A stretch of DNA of 64,000 bases from Scyliorhinus canicula (Eukaryota). The stretch covers positions 53,629,990-53,693,989 of the forward strand of contig NC_052162.1 of NCBI RefSeq assembly GCF_902713615.1, written 5' to 3'. The position numbers and the translations under genes are program-made. The notes under the pieces were generated by a model, which ran no database searches, was not told the DNA's origin, and saw nothing but the letters and a program-made list of their open reading frames with translations. Shown here piece after piece: positions 1 to 11,803 of this stretch. Each line of letters begins with the position of its first letter. The first letter of the stretch is position 1.

Positions 1-632
1 ACACAAGTGGAGAAGGTAGTCAAGAAGGCATACGGCATGCTTGCCTTCATTGGCCGGGGCATTGAGTATAAGAATTGGCAAGTCATGTTGCAGCTGTATA
101 GAACCTTAGTTAGGCCACACTTGGAGTATAGTGTTCAGTTCTGGTCGCCACACTACCAGAAGGATGTGGAGGCTTTAGAGAGGGTGCAGAAGAGATTTAC
201 CAGGATGTTGCCTGTTATGGAGGGCATTAACTATGAGGAGCGGTTGAATAAACTCGGTTTGTTCTCACTGGAACGATAGAGGTCTACAAAATTATGAGAG
301 GCATAGACAGAGTGGCTACTCAGAGGCTTTTCCCCAGGGTAGAGGAGTCAATTACAAGGGGGCATAGGTTTAAGGTGCGAGTGGCAAGTTTTTTTACACA
401 GAGGGTAGTGGGTGCCTGGAACTCGCAGCCGGGGGAGGTGGTGGAGGCAGGGACGATAGTGACATTTAAGGGGCATCTGGACAAATACATGAATAGGATG
501 GGAATAGAGGGATACGGACCCAGGAAGTGTAGAAGATTTTAGTTTAGACGGGCAGCACGGTCGGCATGGGCTTGGAGGGCCGAAGGGCCTGTTCCTGTGC
601 AGTACTTTTCTTTGTTCTTTGTTCTTTGTTCT
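1..632 (+). mobile_element. CR1-clade LINE (HER1-like) 3' fragment, 5'-truncated by window edge
   Basis: ORF 7..279 has the CR1 ORF2 C-terminal motifs LYRTLVRPHLEYSVQFWSP and [13 protein letters not shown]; 294..542 has FFTQRVVGAWN; ends in GGGCCGAAGGGCCTGTTCCTGTGC plus a (TTTGTTC)n tail. Confidence 0.92.
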
Positions 633-971
633 ATGTGAGACCCCAAATACCAGCCAAAGTGTGCATTTGTTTAAGCGAGCTAGCGTATGTGTCCTTAACA
701 AATCTAATTATAACCCTTGATTTGATTCCAGCCTAATACTCACACCCATGTATGAATTGTTCTGTATATAAACCAGCAAAGCCCTGTAATTAGACTACAG
801 CTTTTGTCACTCCCAGTGTCCATCATTTAATGTATAAGCTGGGGAACTACATAATTATATCCCATCCAGTAATTTGCTCCGGGGTATACATTGTTCGTCG
901 TATACTCACTAATGGAAGCATTAGAATTGTGTTTTTTTGTACTCATTCTTGTGAACGGTTACTGTTTCTAG

Positions 972-1069
972 GTTTCTCCAGAGTTTCAGCATGAAGTGTT
1001 AATGAGTTTGATGCAGACGGACAGTGATGTTGTTCACTATCTCTTGCGCAGAAAGCTTAAATACCAATC
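972..1069 (+). CDS. Internal coding exon of an ARHGAP6/ARHGAP36-family Rho GTPase-activating protein (segment just after the GAP domain)
   Basis: Acceptor tttctAG (970-971), donor GTAAGT (1070). Translates VSPEFQHEVLMSLMQTDSDVVHYLLRRKLKYQ, matching the recalled ARHGAP6 segment [28 protein letters not shown]. Ends in phase 2. Not in the ORF track. Confidence 0.85.
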
Positions 1070-1182
1070 GTAAGTAATGCTGAAGAGTGAAATAATAATT
1101 TTTTTATTTTAGACATGCGGAAAGCAGTAAAAGCTTTGGTCAAGGGCATTGTTATTAGTGTACTGTGCCACAAATTGGCAGG

Positions 1183-1519
1183 AGAATCACAGAATTCCTA
1201 CAGTACAGAAGGAGGCCATTTGGCCCATCGAGTCTGTACCGACCCTCTGTAAGAGCGCCACGAACCAGCCCCCCCCCCCCCCCCCAGCTCCATCCTGTAA
1301 CACCAACTAAACTTGAGACATACAGGGGCAATTTAGCATGTCCAATCCACCTAACCTGCACATCTTTGGACTGTGGGAGGAAACCAGAGCACCTGGAGGA
1401 AACCCACACAGATACAGGGGGAATGTGCAAACTCCACATAGACAATTACCCAAGGTCAGAATCGAAGTCTGGTTCCTGGCGCTGTGAGGCAGCAGTCCTA
1501 TCCACTGTGCCACCTTGCC
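1183..1519 (-). mobile_element. HE1-like V-SINE (tail type B)
   Basis: Reverse complement has the tRNA-like head, V-domain core GGGTTTCCTCCAGGTGCTCTGGTTTCCTCCCACAGTCCAAAGATGTGCAGGTTAGGTGGATTGG and a GACTCGATGGGCCAAATGGCCTCCTTCTGTACTGTAGG tail. Confidence 0.88.
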
Positions 1520-1741
1520 ACTCCACAGTTGCATTCATACCTATAATTAGCTTTCCAATCTCCTTAAGGTGGCCATTGTGTTCAAATGTCGAACTTTATC
1601 CTAGTTTTTTTTCCAATTCCTGAATGCTCTTGTGACCGTCAGTTATCTCAATACATAGACTCACAAATAGTAGTTGAGGCCCTTGTTTCACTTGAAATAA
1701 GATTTCAATCTGCCCTGATTCCTTTGAAATTAAATAAACAT

Positions 1742-1939
1742 GGCCCAAATTCTCCGGCCGTTGGGATTCTCTGTTCCATGGACAGCGCACCCCTGCCCAT
1801 GGGTTTCCCAGCAGCATGGGGTGGCTTCAATGGGAAATCCCATTGGCAAGTGGGGGAGGTGGGGGGAGAGAGGACCCCACTGCCAGCAAATGACGCATCG
1901 CCGAAAAACACGTTGCTGGGGGATCAGATAATCCCGCCC
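1742..1939. mobile_element. Short (~190 bp) Harbinger-type MITE; related copies at ~5949-6120 and ~23327-23511
   Basis: Degenerate GGGCGGGATTCTCC-type termini and a shared core GGGGTGGCTTCAATGGGAAATCCCATTG. Confidence 0.65.
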
Positions 1940-2140
1940 ATGCAGTCAGAAATATTACAGAGATCACAGCACATTGTTACAGAAAGAAAAATAAATATTG
2001 TTTTGGTGAGAGGAGGGAGGTCTTCACATAATAATCTTTTGAAACAAATTGATTAGAAACTAGCTATGCTTGCTCTGTCATAGATGGGATGGCCAGCAAT
2101 GGTGTCTCAAATAATCCAACATTCCTTAATTTTTGTACAG

Positions 2141-2382
2141 GGGTTCAGATGAAGAAAATGAAGCCTATGTGATGGCAGAACACCATTGCGCAAAGTCGAC
2201 ATGTGACTCCTGCAGCTCCACAAGTGGTGATCTCACACCAATGACAATTTCACCCAGTTTCTGTGAAAGTCTGTCTGTGAAGGATAAGAGCGTGAGCCCG
2301 GGGTCAGAGTTGTTTAAAGTATCAGAAGCACTGGCATTCTTTGGGCAGCATAGAAAGGCCTTTTCCACCCAATCTCTAAAAG
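2141..2382 (+). CDS. Penultimate coding exon of the ARHGAP6/36-like gene
   Basis: Acceptor ttttgtacAG (2139-2140), donor GTGAGG (2383). 242 nt; starts phase 2 (compatible with exon 972-1069) and ends phase 1. Peptide ...STCDSCSSTSGDLTPMTISP...PGSELFKV resembles recalled ARHGAP6 [21 protein letters not shown]...GGSEKLYRV. Confidence 0.82.
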
Positions 2383-3173
2383 GTGAGGGACATGGTTCAT
2401 TCTTTGAGTTGTAATGAAAATGAATCATAAACTAGTCGAAAATAATGCAGAAAGAGTGGGACTGCACTTCTGCAGGACATCCATTGCTCTGAAGGACATA
2501 CGACGAGCTGTCATTAAAGTTTGGGCGGGAGATGGCAGTGGTGAGTGGGGTGAAAACATCCCAAGGAATTTTTTCAACATGTTTACAAAAGGCCCTGCAT
2601 GAGCAATAGGCAGGTTTGCTACTGTTGGACTATCAGTAAAGAGGGAGAGGTGGCCACTACTAAACACCCTTCCTCTGGTGGCTAGAACTTATGAATACAC
2701 GTCTTTGGCTAGACTGTCAACACTTTGTGGAGGTCTTATGGCACAGTAGTAGCGTCTATACCTCTGGGCCAGAAGCTTCAGATTCTAATCCCACTTCAGG
2801 ACTTGAAGGCCACGGAAGGTGTGTTCATAAAGTGGCCCAACAGGTTGATTATCAGCCTGTACATCTTTCCAGTTTGCCTGATGGCAGGTGGTAAGAGCGG
2901 TAAAGTATGTACAGAAGACAACAGCAACTACTGCACTATTGTCCAAGCATAATATTGGACCAATCTGATGGAAGTCCAAGACTGAGAACACCCTCCCAGG
3001 ACCAGAAGGAGGAGGAGGAGGTGGAGGTAGCACTTTTGTGAATGTGTGAAGAAATTGCTGCCCCACACATCCTGGAGGTCATTTTTTCAGTCTCTTTCCA
3101 TTGATCTAAGTATTCTTAATTTCTGAAAATTGCTTATTACCAACCTTTCCCAAGATCCTCATCTGTTTCTTCT

Positions 3174-3514
3174 GGGCAGCACGGTAGCACAGTGGTAGCA
3201 CAGTTGCTTCACAGCTCTAGGGTCTCAGGTTCGATTCTCGGCTTGGGTCACTGTCTGTGCGGAGTCTGCACGTTCTCCCCGTGTCTGGGTGGATTTCCTC
3301 CGGGTGCTCCCGTTTCCTCCCACAGTGCAAAGATGTGCAGGTTAGGTGGGTTGGCCATGCTAAATTGCCCTTAGGTTAGGTAGGGTTGCTGGGTTACCAG
3401 GTTACGGGGAAAGGGTGGAAGCGTGGGCTTAAATAGGTTGCTGTTTCCAAGAGTCGGTGCAGACTCGATGGACCAAATGGCCTTCTTCTGCACTGCAAAT
3501 TCTATTATTCTATG
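3174..3514 (+). mobile_element. HE1-like V-SINE, full length (tail type B)
   Basis: GGGCAGCACGGTAGCACAGTGG head, B-box-like GGTTCGATTC, V-domain, tail GACTCGATGGACCAAATGGCCTTCTTCTGCACTG. Confidence 0.9.
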
Positions 3515-5161
3515 ATCACGTCCCCATGCACCACTGTTCTCCCTCTCATCGCTTCTCCTGCTAGGCTTTTCCTCGCTCCCTCTTACAGTGTTTGGTTGAT
3601 TGTTCTCGTCACTGAGAACCCATATTTTCCTTCTCACTGCAGTATCTTAGCACTTCCATTACTCTCTCAATTCCACATCATTTCAATTCCAGACCTACAA
3701 CATTTTGGTTCTCCACTTTTTAAGGCAACTGCAGTTGACTACCCCGGTTCTCACAGACTCCTGGACACAGCCAGTAATGCACTCCATCAGTCCCAATCCT
3801 AATGTTATCTGAGAATTAATACCTCGGTGTCATATTTCTAATACTCCCACAACCCGGAGCTATCATAATACCACTGTCATCCCCTTCCTGCCAGATTTTG
3901 AAACCTTCTCCGAAATAGCCTCATAACCTAACACGACTATGCCATTACTCTGCCATCTCAGAACCACTACCAATCACATCCACCACTCCCAGTCCCTGAC
4001 AATCTACTCCCATTGCTCTCATAGACCATGACCTGACCTCCACCTAAACCATTGTGATCAGAAGCCCCACTGCCACATCTATACATCTTTTTGCACATTC
4101 CCCCACTACTCCCAAATAGCAAGAACCCTTCGTATCTTTCCTTTCCAAAAGGTGTTATGAAGTTCAGTTTATAAGCTAATAACTTCCAAGATCAGAGGGA
4201 GACAAGGAGATCATCCTGGAAGTAGGGAAAAAAGAACAGTATTCTGCTTTAATGGACAACTGCTAAATTCCAATATACAACCTTGATTCAGTAAACAGTT
4301 CACAGATTTTCATGGTAATCCAGCAGTGTTTGACCCACAAGTCACATTCTGTGATGCTAAAATGTTGTGCCTCCCCATTACTCACCCCATTGTCAGACAG
4401 CAACATAAATACAGGGTGGAATTTAATGCCCTCCCACATGATAAATTTGGAGGCGTGGGTCATTGAATTGGGCTGGAGGATGGTGGATGGTGACCCTACC
4501 ATCTTCCTGCCTCTGCTTTGATTAAACCCAGGGTGGGAATGCTTTCCTGCATTGTCGATTGAGGCCCTTTAGTGGCATTTAATACCCACTTAAAGGCTTC
4601 ATCCGCCACTGCTGGTATTTAACCAACAGCATGCGACTCACCATACAGGAAGCCCAAAAAGCAAACCCTGTCATTTTTGTTCAGAGAAATCAATGACGCA
4701 TTTGCTGCAGAGTTGTATTGCTCCACCTTGATAAGCATCTGGAGCTCTGCTTTCAATTTGCCACAGGTGGTAGTTTAAACAATAATGTCAGCATCACAGA
4801 ATGTGGCCTAAAGATAAAATGTTGATGGATTACCATGGCAATCTGTGAGCTGTTTACTGAATCAAGGCTGTTTATTAGAATTTGGCAATTGTCCATTAAA
4901 AACAGAATGCTGCTCTTTTTTTCCAATTTAAGGGGAATATTCTTGTCTCCCTATGATCCTGGTGGTCACAGGCTTATAAATTGGACTACATAACACCTTT
5001 TTTGAAGCAGGAAGTGCTGCCAGCTGCAAGATAAGCTTGGGGAAGGAAATAAAATTGTACAGTGCCAACATCTAAAACAGGTATCTAGGTCTTTACATGT
5101 GCTCATTGGCATACTGCCACCACTCCCCATCCCTCTGTTTTTATTAAACCAACCATGCCCC

Positions 5162-5900
5162 TGTAAAGATGCACTTTCAGAGATTCCATTAGAAAAAAAA
5201 GATTTATTGATAAGAATTGTTCAGCAGCCTGATGGCTGAAGCTAGCTCCCTACATATCTCCTGCCTCAGAGACCTCCACCCCTGGGGTGATTACACACAC
5301 TGAGTCCCACTTGCTCACCCAAGCCAGCTGACCCTTTTCTGCTCTTGAATGGACAGTCACTGTATCCCCCTCTCTTTAACTCCTTTATACAATCTTCAAT
5401 AACTAATTTACCCAGTCCTACATTCCGACTAAACATTACATGCATGTATTGGACAATTCTTTGAGGGGGTTTTCTTGTAGAGTGGTGTAATTCTGTAGTC
5501 TGAAATAATTCCACAGGATTGACATTAACAGGAACTGCAACAGGAACAGGAACCCACCTGGCACAGGCAGTTCATTACTACTTGCTTCCACAGGACATCA
5601 GTTATGTCTATAACAGGTCAATAAGTACTTTGGTGCTTACAAAACATTTCTTGATGGCAACACTGACTGCTGGAGCATCTCCTCTATTCTTCAAGTGATC
5701 CACATGTTTGCAAACGATCCGTCCCTCCATGTTTACTTGAGGCCAGTTCTTAGAGACAATAATAATTCTGGGGATGTAACTTGACCCACTACCGAAATTT
5801 CATATTATATACTTAATATGGGTTTATTATTCTTGCTGTAGTGTTGGCTCATTGTTAAGACCTTGAGGCTTGCGTTTAAACATAAACACATTTATTGGTA
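5162..5900 (-). mobile_element. Degraded Gypsy 3' end: integrase C-terminal remnant, polypurine tract and short LTR; related LTR piece at ~9565-9732
   Basis: Minus strand reads ...VNMEGRIVCKHVDHLKNR (typical post-integrase R-x-x-R-K-H-V-D-H-L), then purine tract GAGTTAAAGAGAGGGGG (~5366-5382), then ~200 bp ending TTTACA. 5195-5310 is similar to 9565-9680. Confidence 0.5.
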
Positions 5901-6436
5901 GATTTTAACCATTTTAACCAAATATGGTCGTGCCAGTTATTTCACAAAGGGCAGTATTCTCCGTTCGGCCGGCAGCGCACCCATGCCCGTAGGTTTCCCG
6001 GTGGCGTGGGTGGCCATAATGGGAAATCCTATCAGCAGGTGGTGGGAACAGAGAATTCCACTGATGATGGGAGGCCTGCTGCCGAGGAACTCGCGGCTGG
6101 AAGACCGGAGAATCCTGCCCTCAGTCTGTCACGTGTGAAGGAATGGTTGTAGTGCCCTGTTTCTGGTACTTAGGTCATGTGATAACATTTCTTCTCTTTC
6201 CACATTTCAATTCAGCATCTTTTCCATCGACCATTTTATCATATTGGTTCTTGTGCTTTTGTATTAGCGTGACCCTTTCAGCAAGCTGGGTCTGGCACAT
6301 AACTTTGGTTAATTTCTCTGAATGAATTGCTGATTCTACTGCTGATTTCAATGTTTTTACCTCTTGAATTAATTTCTCATTGCCAATCTTCCCTTCTCAA
6401 GCTCTTATTCTTCTGATTCAGTTCTTCACTGGACTT

Positions 6437-8003
6437 TGTAAGGATCCTTCTGCTTAAACTCTGTTTGTTTCCTCTTTTTCCCTTTCTTCTATGTTTTGCT
6501 ACTACAATTTTGATCCATGGATGATTAATGGACCTGGGACTTTAATGCAACCTTTGTCGTGAAATGCTGGGCTTTGCTGGTAACCAATAGAGATTGGTTC
6601 TGGTCCTGCTGACATGTTTCCTAGAGTCACAAGGCTGGTTTTCTTGTTTTCACTTTCAATTCTGCAAGCTGGATGCAGGAATCTGACCAATTCACCCCAG
6701 GAATGTCCAGCTAATTTTCAACAAAAGGTCAGAGAACCTGATAACTCTCAATCCAGTAAAGGCAGAATCCAGAATCAGATAATCTCCTCTCTGCAGCATA
6801 AAGGCTGAGGTGAAGCAGAGACTAGAATATGATAGTTCTCTCTGCAAGAGGCTGCTGAGTAGCCAGAGACCTCTACTGGAAAATCTGTGTGTAAGATATA
6901 CTGCTGAGCTGCAAAGAAGAATGTTAAAAGCTGTAGACCAGCTACTTTAAACCACGCTCATAGTGTGAAGAGGGTGCAATGAAGAACTCATCATCTGAAG
7001 CAAGAACTCTTACATTTTCACCTTAACCCTTATTATTTTTCACCCTTTCCCTTCCCCTCTGTGTTTGTCTGTCTCGTGTGTGTGGATAGAGGGTGAGGGG
7101 CAGCTAAGGAGAATTAGGTATTTGTTCCCATTAACTAGTTGTTTTGCTGCATATTTTATATTTGTTCTGGTTATGAATAAACAGTGAATGTGTTTAAACT
7201 TACAAACCTGGTGACTAATTATTGGACAGCCAAGGACCAAAGATCTTGGGCGGGATTCTCCAACCCCCCGCCAGGCTGGAGAATCGCCGGGGGATGGCGT
7301 GAATCCCGCCTCGCCACCCCGACACCGGCTGCCGAATTCTCCGACGCTGGGATTTTGGCGGGGACGGAAATCGCGCACGCCGGTCGGGGGCCGTTGGCAG
7401 CGGCCTCCCGGCCATTCTCCGCTCCGCGATGGGCCGAGCGGCCGCCCATTTTCGCCCGCTGGCGAAAACTATACAAAGTTCTTACCGGCAGGACCTGGCT
7501 CTGCGGGAGGCCTGCAGAGTTCTCAGGAGGGTGCGGGGGGATCTGGCCCTGGGGGGCCCCCACGGTGGCCTGGCCCACAATCGGGGCCCACCGCGGATGG
7601 GCCTGTGCCGTGGGGCACTCTTTCCCTCCGCGCCGGCTGCTGTAAAGCACTGCCATGGCCAGCGCGGAAGAGAAACCCCCTGCGCATGCGCAGGAATCAC
7701 GGCAGCAGTTCTGGGAACACGCTGGCGCTCCTGCGCATGTGCCGGTTGGCACAGCGCCAATCACTCCAGCGCCGGCGTAGTCCCTGAAGATGCGGAGGAT
7801 TCCGCACCTTCCGGGCAGCCCAACGCCAGAGTGTTTCACGCCACTCTTTGGCGCTGGTATGGCCCGCCCACCGGATACCAGAGAATCCCGGCCCTTATGT
7901 ATTTTCAGAAGAATTATTGATTAAATTACTTGTGTTGTCACTTCAGGAAGAGTGGGACTGGAATTGACCATGCACTTCCCATGCACTTCCCATGCATTAT
8001 GTA
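6437..8003. mobile_element. Solo LTR with 4-bp TSD ACTT, itself containing a MITE
   Basis: Starts TGTAAGG at 6437; ACTT at 6433-6436 and 8004-8007. Removing it rejoins the SYCP1-like frame. Internal AATAAA near 7176. The terminal CA is degenerate. Confidence 0.62.
7248..7893. mobile_element. GC-rich Harbinger-type MITE (~646 bp), TSD CTT
   Basis: TIRs GGGCGGGATTCTC / GAGAATCCCGGCC; CTT at 7245-7247 and 7894-7896; repeated subterminal GATTCTCC/GGAGAATC motifs. Confidence 0.88.
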
Positions 8004-8409
8004 ACTTGTTCTTATTTTCCAGTTTTTTCAGCTTATTTTATATTGTCTCATTAATTTCTCCTTTTTCTTCACTTCATTTTGTAAATTTTTGCAAATTCTT
8101 TTCAAGTTTGCTGTCAGTCATTTCACCCCGTTGATTTCACATTTGCCCTAGAGCTTTAATTATTGCTGATTCTTCTATATGTTCAATAGCTACTTGTTTC
8201 TTTTGAAGTCTTTAATTTCTGTGTTTCTTCTGAAATGTATATGTTCTTACTGGATATATGCATTTCACAAATGGAACCTTCATTTCTATTTGTTTTAACT
8301 TCAGCCAAACCCTTTTGGCTTCACTTAGTCAGGTCTGTCTCCGACGTGTTGACTTGTTTCCATTCTACAATTTTCTCATTGCCCTTCACTTTGGTCATTT
8401 CTTGTCTTT

Positions 8410-8690
8410 TGTTGCCCTCTTTCTGGGGTCTTGCATTGCCCTCCATCTGGCATCTTGCACTGCCTTATTTCTGGGGTCTTTTATTGCCCTTCTGGGTTTT
8501 TTCCTTGCCCTTCTGGGGTCTTTCCTTGCCCTCCTTCTGGGTTGCCCTCCCTCTGAGGTCTTCAATTGCCCTATTTTTGGGGTCTTTCATTGCCTCATGG
8601 GGTCTTTCCTTGCCCTCCTTCTGGGGTCTTTCATTGCCCTCGTTCTGGGGTCTTCTATTGCCTCTGTCCTGAGGTCTACCATTCTTTTTG
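8410..8690. repeat. Degenerate ~23-24 bp minisatellite (TTGCCCTCCTTCTGGGGTCTTTC); ~70-bp duplicate segments at ~8165-8235 and ~8690-8760
   Basis: About a dozen imperfect units are visible; ORFs 8235..8672 and 8258..8731 are translations of the repeat. Confidence 0.85.
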
Positions 8691-8820
8691 CTGATTCTTC
8701 TAAATGTTCAATAGTTACTTGTTTCTTTTGAAGACTTTAATTTCTGTATTTCTTTTGAAGTTTTCTTCCTTGAGGTCTTCATTGCTTCTGGACCTTTTTG
8801 GAGTGTTGCCCTCTATCCTG

Positions 8821-8993
8821 CCACAAGTCCTGAAAGACGTGCTTGTTAGGTGATTTGGGCATTACTACTGAAGTTTCCCTCAGTTTACCCGAGCAGGCGC
8901 CTGAGTGTGGCGACTAGGGGATTTTCACAGTAACTTCATTGCAGTGGTTAATGTAAGCCTACTTGTGACACTAATAAAGGTTATTATTATTAT
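8821..8993 (+). mobile_element. 5'-truncated V-SINE, tail type C ((TTA)n)
   Basis: CCACAAGTCCTGAAAGACGTGCTTGTTAGG...GTGGCGACTAGGGGATTTTCACAGTAACTTCATTGCAGTG...AATAAAGGTTATTATTAT; same tail as 14472-14787. Confidence 0.8.
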
Positions 8994-9439
8994 AAGTGCA
9001 TCTTTACATTTGACAATGAGGATAAATTAATCTGGCATTGCTTCTGGTCAGTATACTGTTTTAATGGAGGTCTGTAAAGAAAATTCGCCAGAATACCTCC
9101 CTTTGGGCGAGTTTGAGACCCCCATTTGAGATATTGAGATAATGCCAGACCTTGGCAAAGAAAAAAAAACTCCGGTGTTCACTGATATGACTTTCCTTCA
9201 GTAAAAGGGGAAGTTTTGAACATTCAAAAAAAAGAGCAGCCATGTTTGTGCCAAAAGTCCTGAAGCATGGGAAAACACAGAGAGAAAGCCAACAGCTGCT
9301 GACAGCTGAGTGGGAACAAAAGAATGACAGTCTTAAAGCGGGAATACACTAAAGTGGGAATGTTTTTAAACTGGCAATACATTTAAAGTAGAAACCACAA
9401 GAAAAAACAAACAGCTATGGACGACAAAATTGGAAAAGA

Positions 9440-9552
9440 CCCCAGACAGAGGAAACCCAAGCAGACATGGGGACAAGGTGCAGAATCCACACAGACAACG
9501 AAGCAAGCGGGAATCGAACCTGGGACCTGGCGCCGTAAAGCAACAGTGCTAA
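9440..9552 (-). mobile_element. Degenerate V-SINE head fragment
   Basis: Reverse complement of CAGGTCCCAGGTTCGATTCCCGCTTG...GTCTGTGTGGATTCTGCAC...GGGTTTCCTC. Confidence 0.65.
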
Positions 9553-11803
9553 TCAGTAAACACAAAAAGGATTTATTGATTAGAATTGTTCAGCAGCCTC
9601 ATGGCTGAAGCTTGCTCCCTACATGTCTCCTGCCTAAGAGAGCTCCACCCCCTGGGGTGATGACTCACTCTGAATCCCAATTGGTCTCCCAAACCAGGTT
9701 TCCTGCTGTGTTGCCCTTAAAGGGGAAATCACAACCTCACCACCCACAGGTCTTTACTTACCCGAGGGCTTCTGCAACATCAGTTAACTCTTCTTCAGCT
9801 GGCTGTTGTCAAAACAACAGCTCGATAAAAACGAAGCTCTTTGGGCCTTGTCATTCAGGTATCGGGATCGGACTCTGCACCCTTGCTGCTCAAAATGAGC
9901 ACACCAAAATTTCTACGATGCTCTTTCTGTAGTAATAATTAGCATTGACTTTAGAGACATACCCACTTAAAAAGAATTGAAGGGTATATAGAACTCAAGG
10001 ATTTGGAGCTGGGAGGAGAAAGGACAAAAAGAAAATCCATTTGAATTTTCCTTCTCGGTGATTGTACCCATGAGGGGAAGTAGCATAGTCCGTCATGCAA
10101 TATTGCTTGTACATTATCTCATCACTGTGACAGCGGTACATTATCATTATCCTCAACCTCTTTGCAAGTTCTAATAAGGTGGACCACACAATTCTCAATC
10201 AAAGCCTTTCTTAATAATTATGAGCTACATTTTCACCCTCGAGTCAGGAGCTTTCGTTGTCAGGGAATAAGTTCAGAGGCAGCCACAGAGGGTTCTGGCT
10301 GTAGAGGCGTGGTCTATTTAAAAGATCCGCCTTGGTGTGGGAGTTTGTGCTAGTTATAATAAAAGCAGAAAGGCCCTCACCCCTCATTACCCCCTCATCC
10401 TCCACAAACTCCCCATGCTCCATCCATGCCACTTCATGCCCCCATAACCCCCAAAGGCTGTCCTGCCTCTGATGCAAAGGTGTGTCCCCAAACAACCCCT
10501 ATGGGTCCCTCATGATCCCCATTCCAAGACATGCCTCCTTAACAAAACTCCACAGTCCCCTATACTTCCCATGCCAAGCTATGACACTTCCATACCCATT
10601 CACCTACAGTATAGAACCAATAAACCCTGAAATGGCAGTCAGATGTGTAAAAATAGCATTAAAGAAACTGTCATGCATTGATAGCTTTCCATTTTATTTT
10701 TTTAAATTCGAACTTCGAACCAGTAAAAGTGTCAATCATCTAGACCTTTTGAAGCATCAAAAACTGAAATTGCAATCATTGAAACCTATTTATCTTGTGC
10801 AACCAAACATTGTGAAATGGACAACATAGATCAGAGAGCCAGAGCTGTCAATCAAGCAATGCTTTTCTTGGGGCTCGGGTATTTCAGTATTCTAATGGAT
10901 AACTGAGCTCTTATCCAATAATAGATCCATCCATCATCTCTCTTGACCCCTCCATTGTCTCTGTGTTATCAGACTGCCTATTTGACTTCAAATGGTGGAT
11001 GAGCCATAATATCCTCTGCAGGCTCTAGCCATCGTTTTCAGCTTCTACCACACATTTATATGAATGTGCAAGTCCAATGAGACTTGTATCAGATGGTGAG
11101 GGAAGCAACAAGATTTTTTAGCATTAAAGTAGTAATATGGAATATGACTTGGATTGCACCACCATTTCGTCATCATTGGTAGGTCAATACTATGGAATTC
11201 CTTACCTTACATCATTGTGGCAGTATTATTACCACAAGGACTTCATACATTCAAGGAAAAGGTCTGTCACCTATTGAGGGCATCTAGAGGTGGGCAATAA
11301 ATATGTATTGCCAGCATTATGTGCATCCCATGAATAAAAGGGGCCTCAGTTGCCAAATTAAGACATCCTCCTGTCAAGATTTACCAAATAAACTAGCTCA
11401 AACCACCATTAGCAACAGACTCCTGAGCACACCCTCCATCATTCGCAACTCTGCACAATTGCAAAGACATTCTCATTGATTCTGTGCAAAACATGTATTG
11501 AGTACTTCAGTGAATGGCTCTGTGAACTTTGTCACAATTCCCTTCTGTTTTTGCTGCCGGAGTATGCTCAGTCAGGTACAGTGTTGTTGTGGTTGACTGG
11601 TGCTTCCTGATTTTTGCCACTCTGTAATGCCTAATTCCACTGCAATTTTGCTCACCTGTAGTGGTCTTTCCTCTGCTACTTCAGTTGTTTTAATAGGCTG
11701 GATTTTCTGCTGGGCTCAGGAAAACCTGACCTGCAGACACTTGAACATTCTGAATTGCATATCGATCTGCATGTGACTTTGCCTGGAATTTTTATCCTTT
11801 TAC

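Larger units (their letters stand above)
6180..8410 (-). pseudogene. SYCP1: Degraded intronless SYCP1-like (synaptonemal complex protein 1) retrocopy, split by a solo LTR (6437-8003)
   Basis: Minus strand 6372-6205 reads LIQEVKTLKSAVESAIHSEKLTKVMCQTQLAERVTLIQKHKNQYDKMVDGKDAELK vs recalled SYCP1 LLEEVEKAKVIADEAVKLQKEIDKRCQHKIAEMVALMEKHKHQYDKIIEERDSEL. Across the LTR it reads EVKKKEKLM...NKLKKLENKNK|SSEELNQKNK vs EVLKKEKQM...NLKKQVENKSKNIEELHQENK. Frameshifts and stops are present. Confidence 0.72.

Noticed and set aside
1113-1158. Acceptor-like tttttattttAG at 1111-1112 suggesting an extra exon
   Set aside because: The intron would be only 43 nt and the in-phase frame stops within 15 codons.
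7040-7920. Stacks of overlapping 100-200 aa ORFs on both strands (also at 18724-19478, 33842-34522, 37771-38444 and 53318-53834)
   Set aside because: They coincide exactly with GC-rich MITEs; stop-poor composition and no domain motifs.
8410-8690. Regular ~24-bp repeats as a CRISPR array or a membrane-protein ORF
   Set aside because: Contiguous degenerate units with no unique spacers, in a vertebrate context; the hydrophobic ORFs are artefacts of the T/C-rich strand.
5162-9732. Direct repeats 5195-5310 and 9565-9680 as paired LTRs of one element that captured the SYCP1-like sequence
   Set aside because: Both appear to be preceded by purine tracts as 3' LTRs would be, they diverge outside ~115 bp, and I found no PBS or shared TSD; more likely independent fragments, though not fully excluded.
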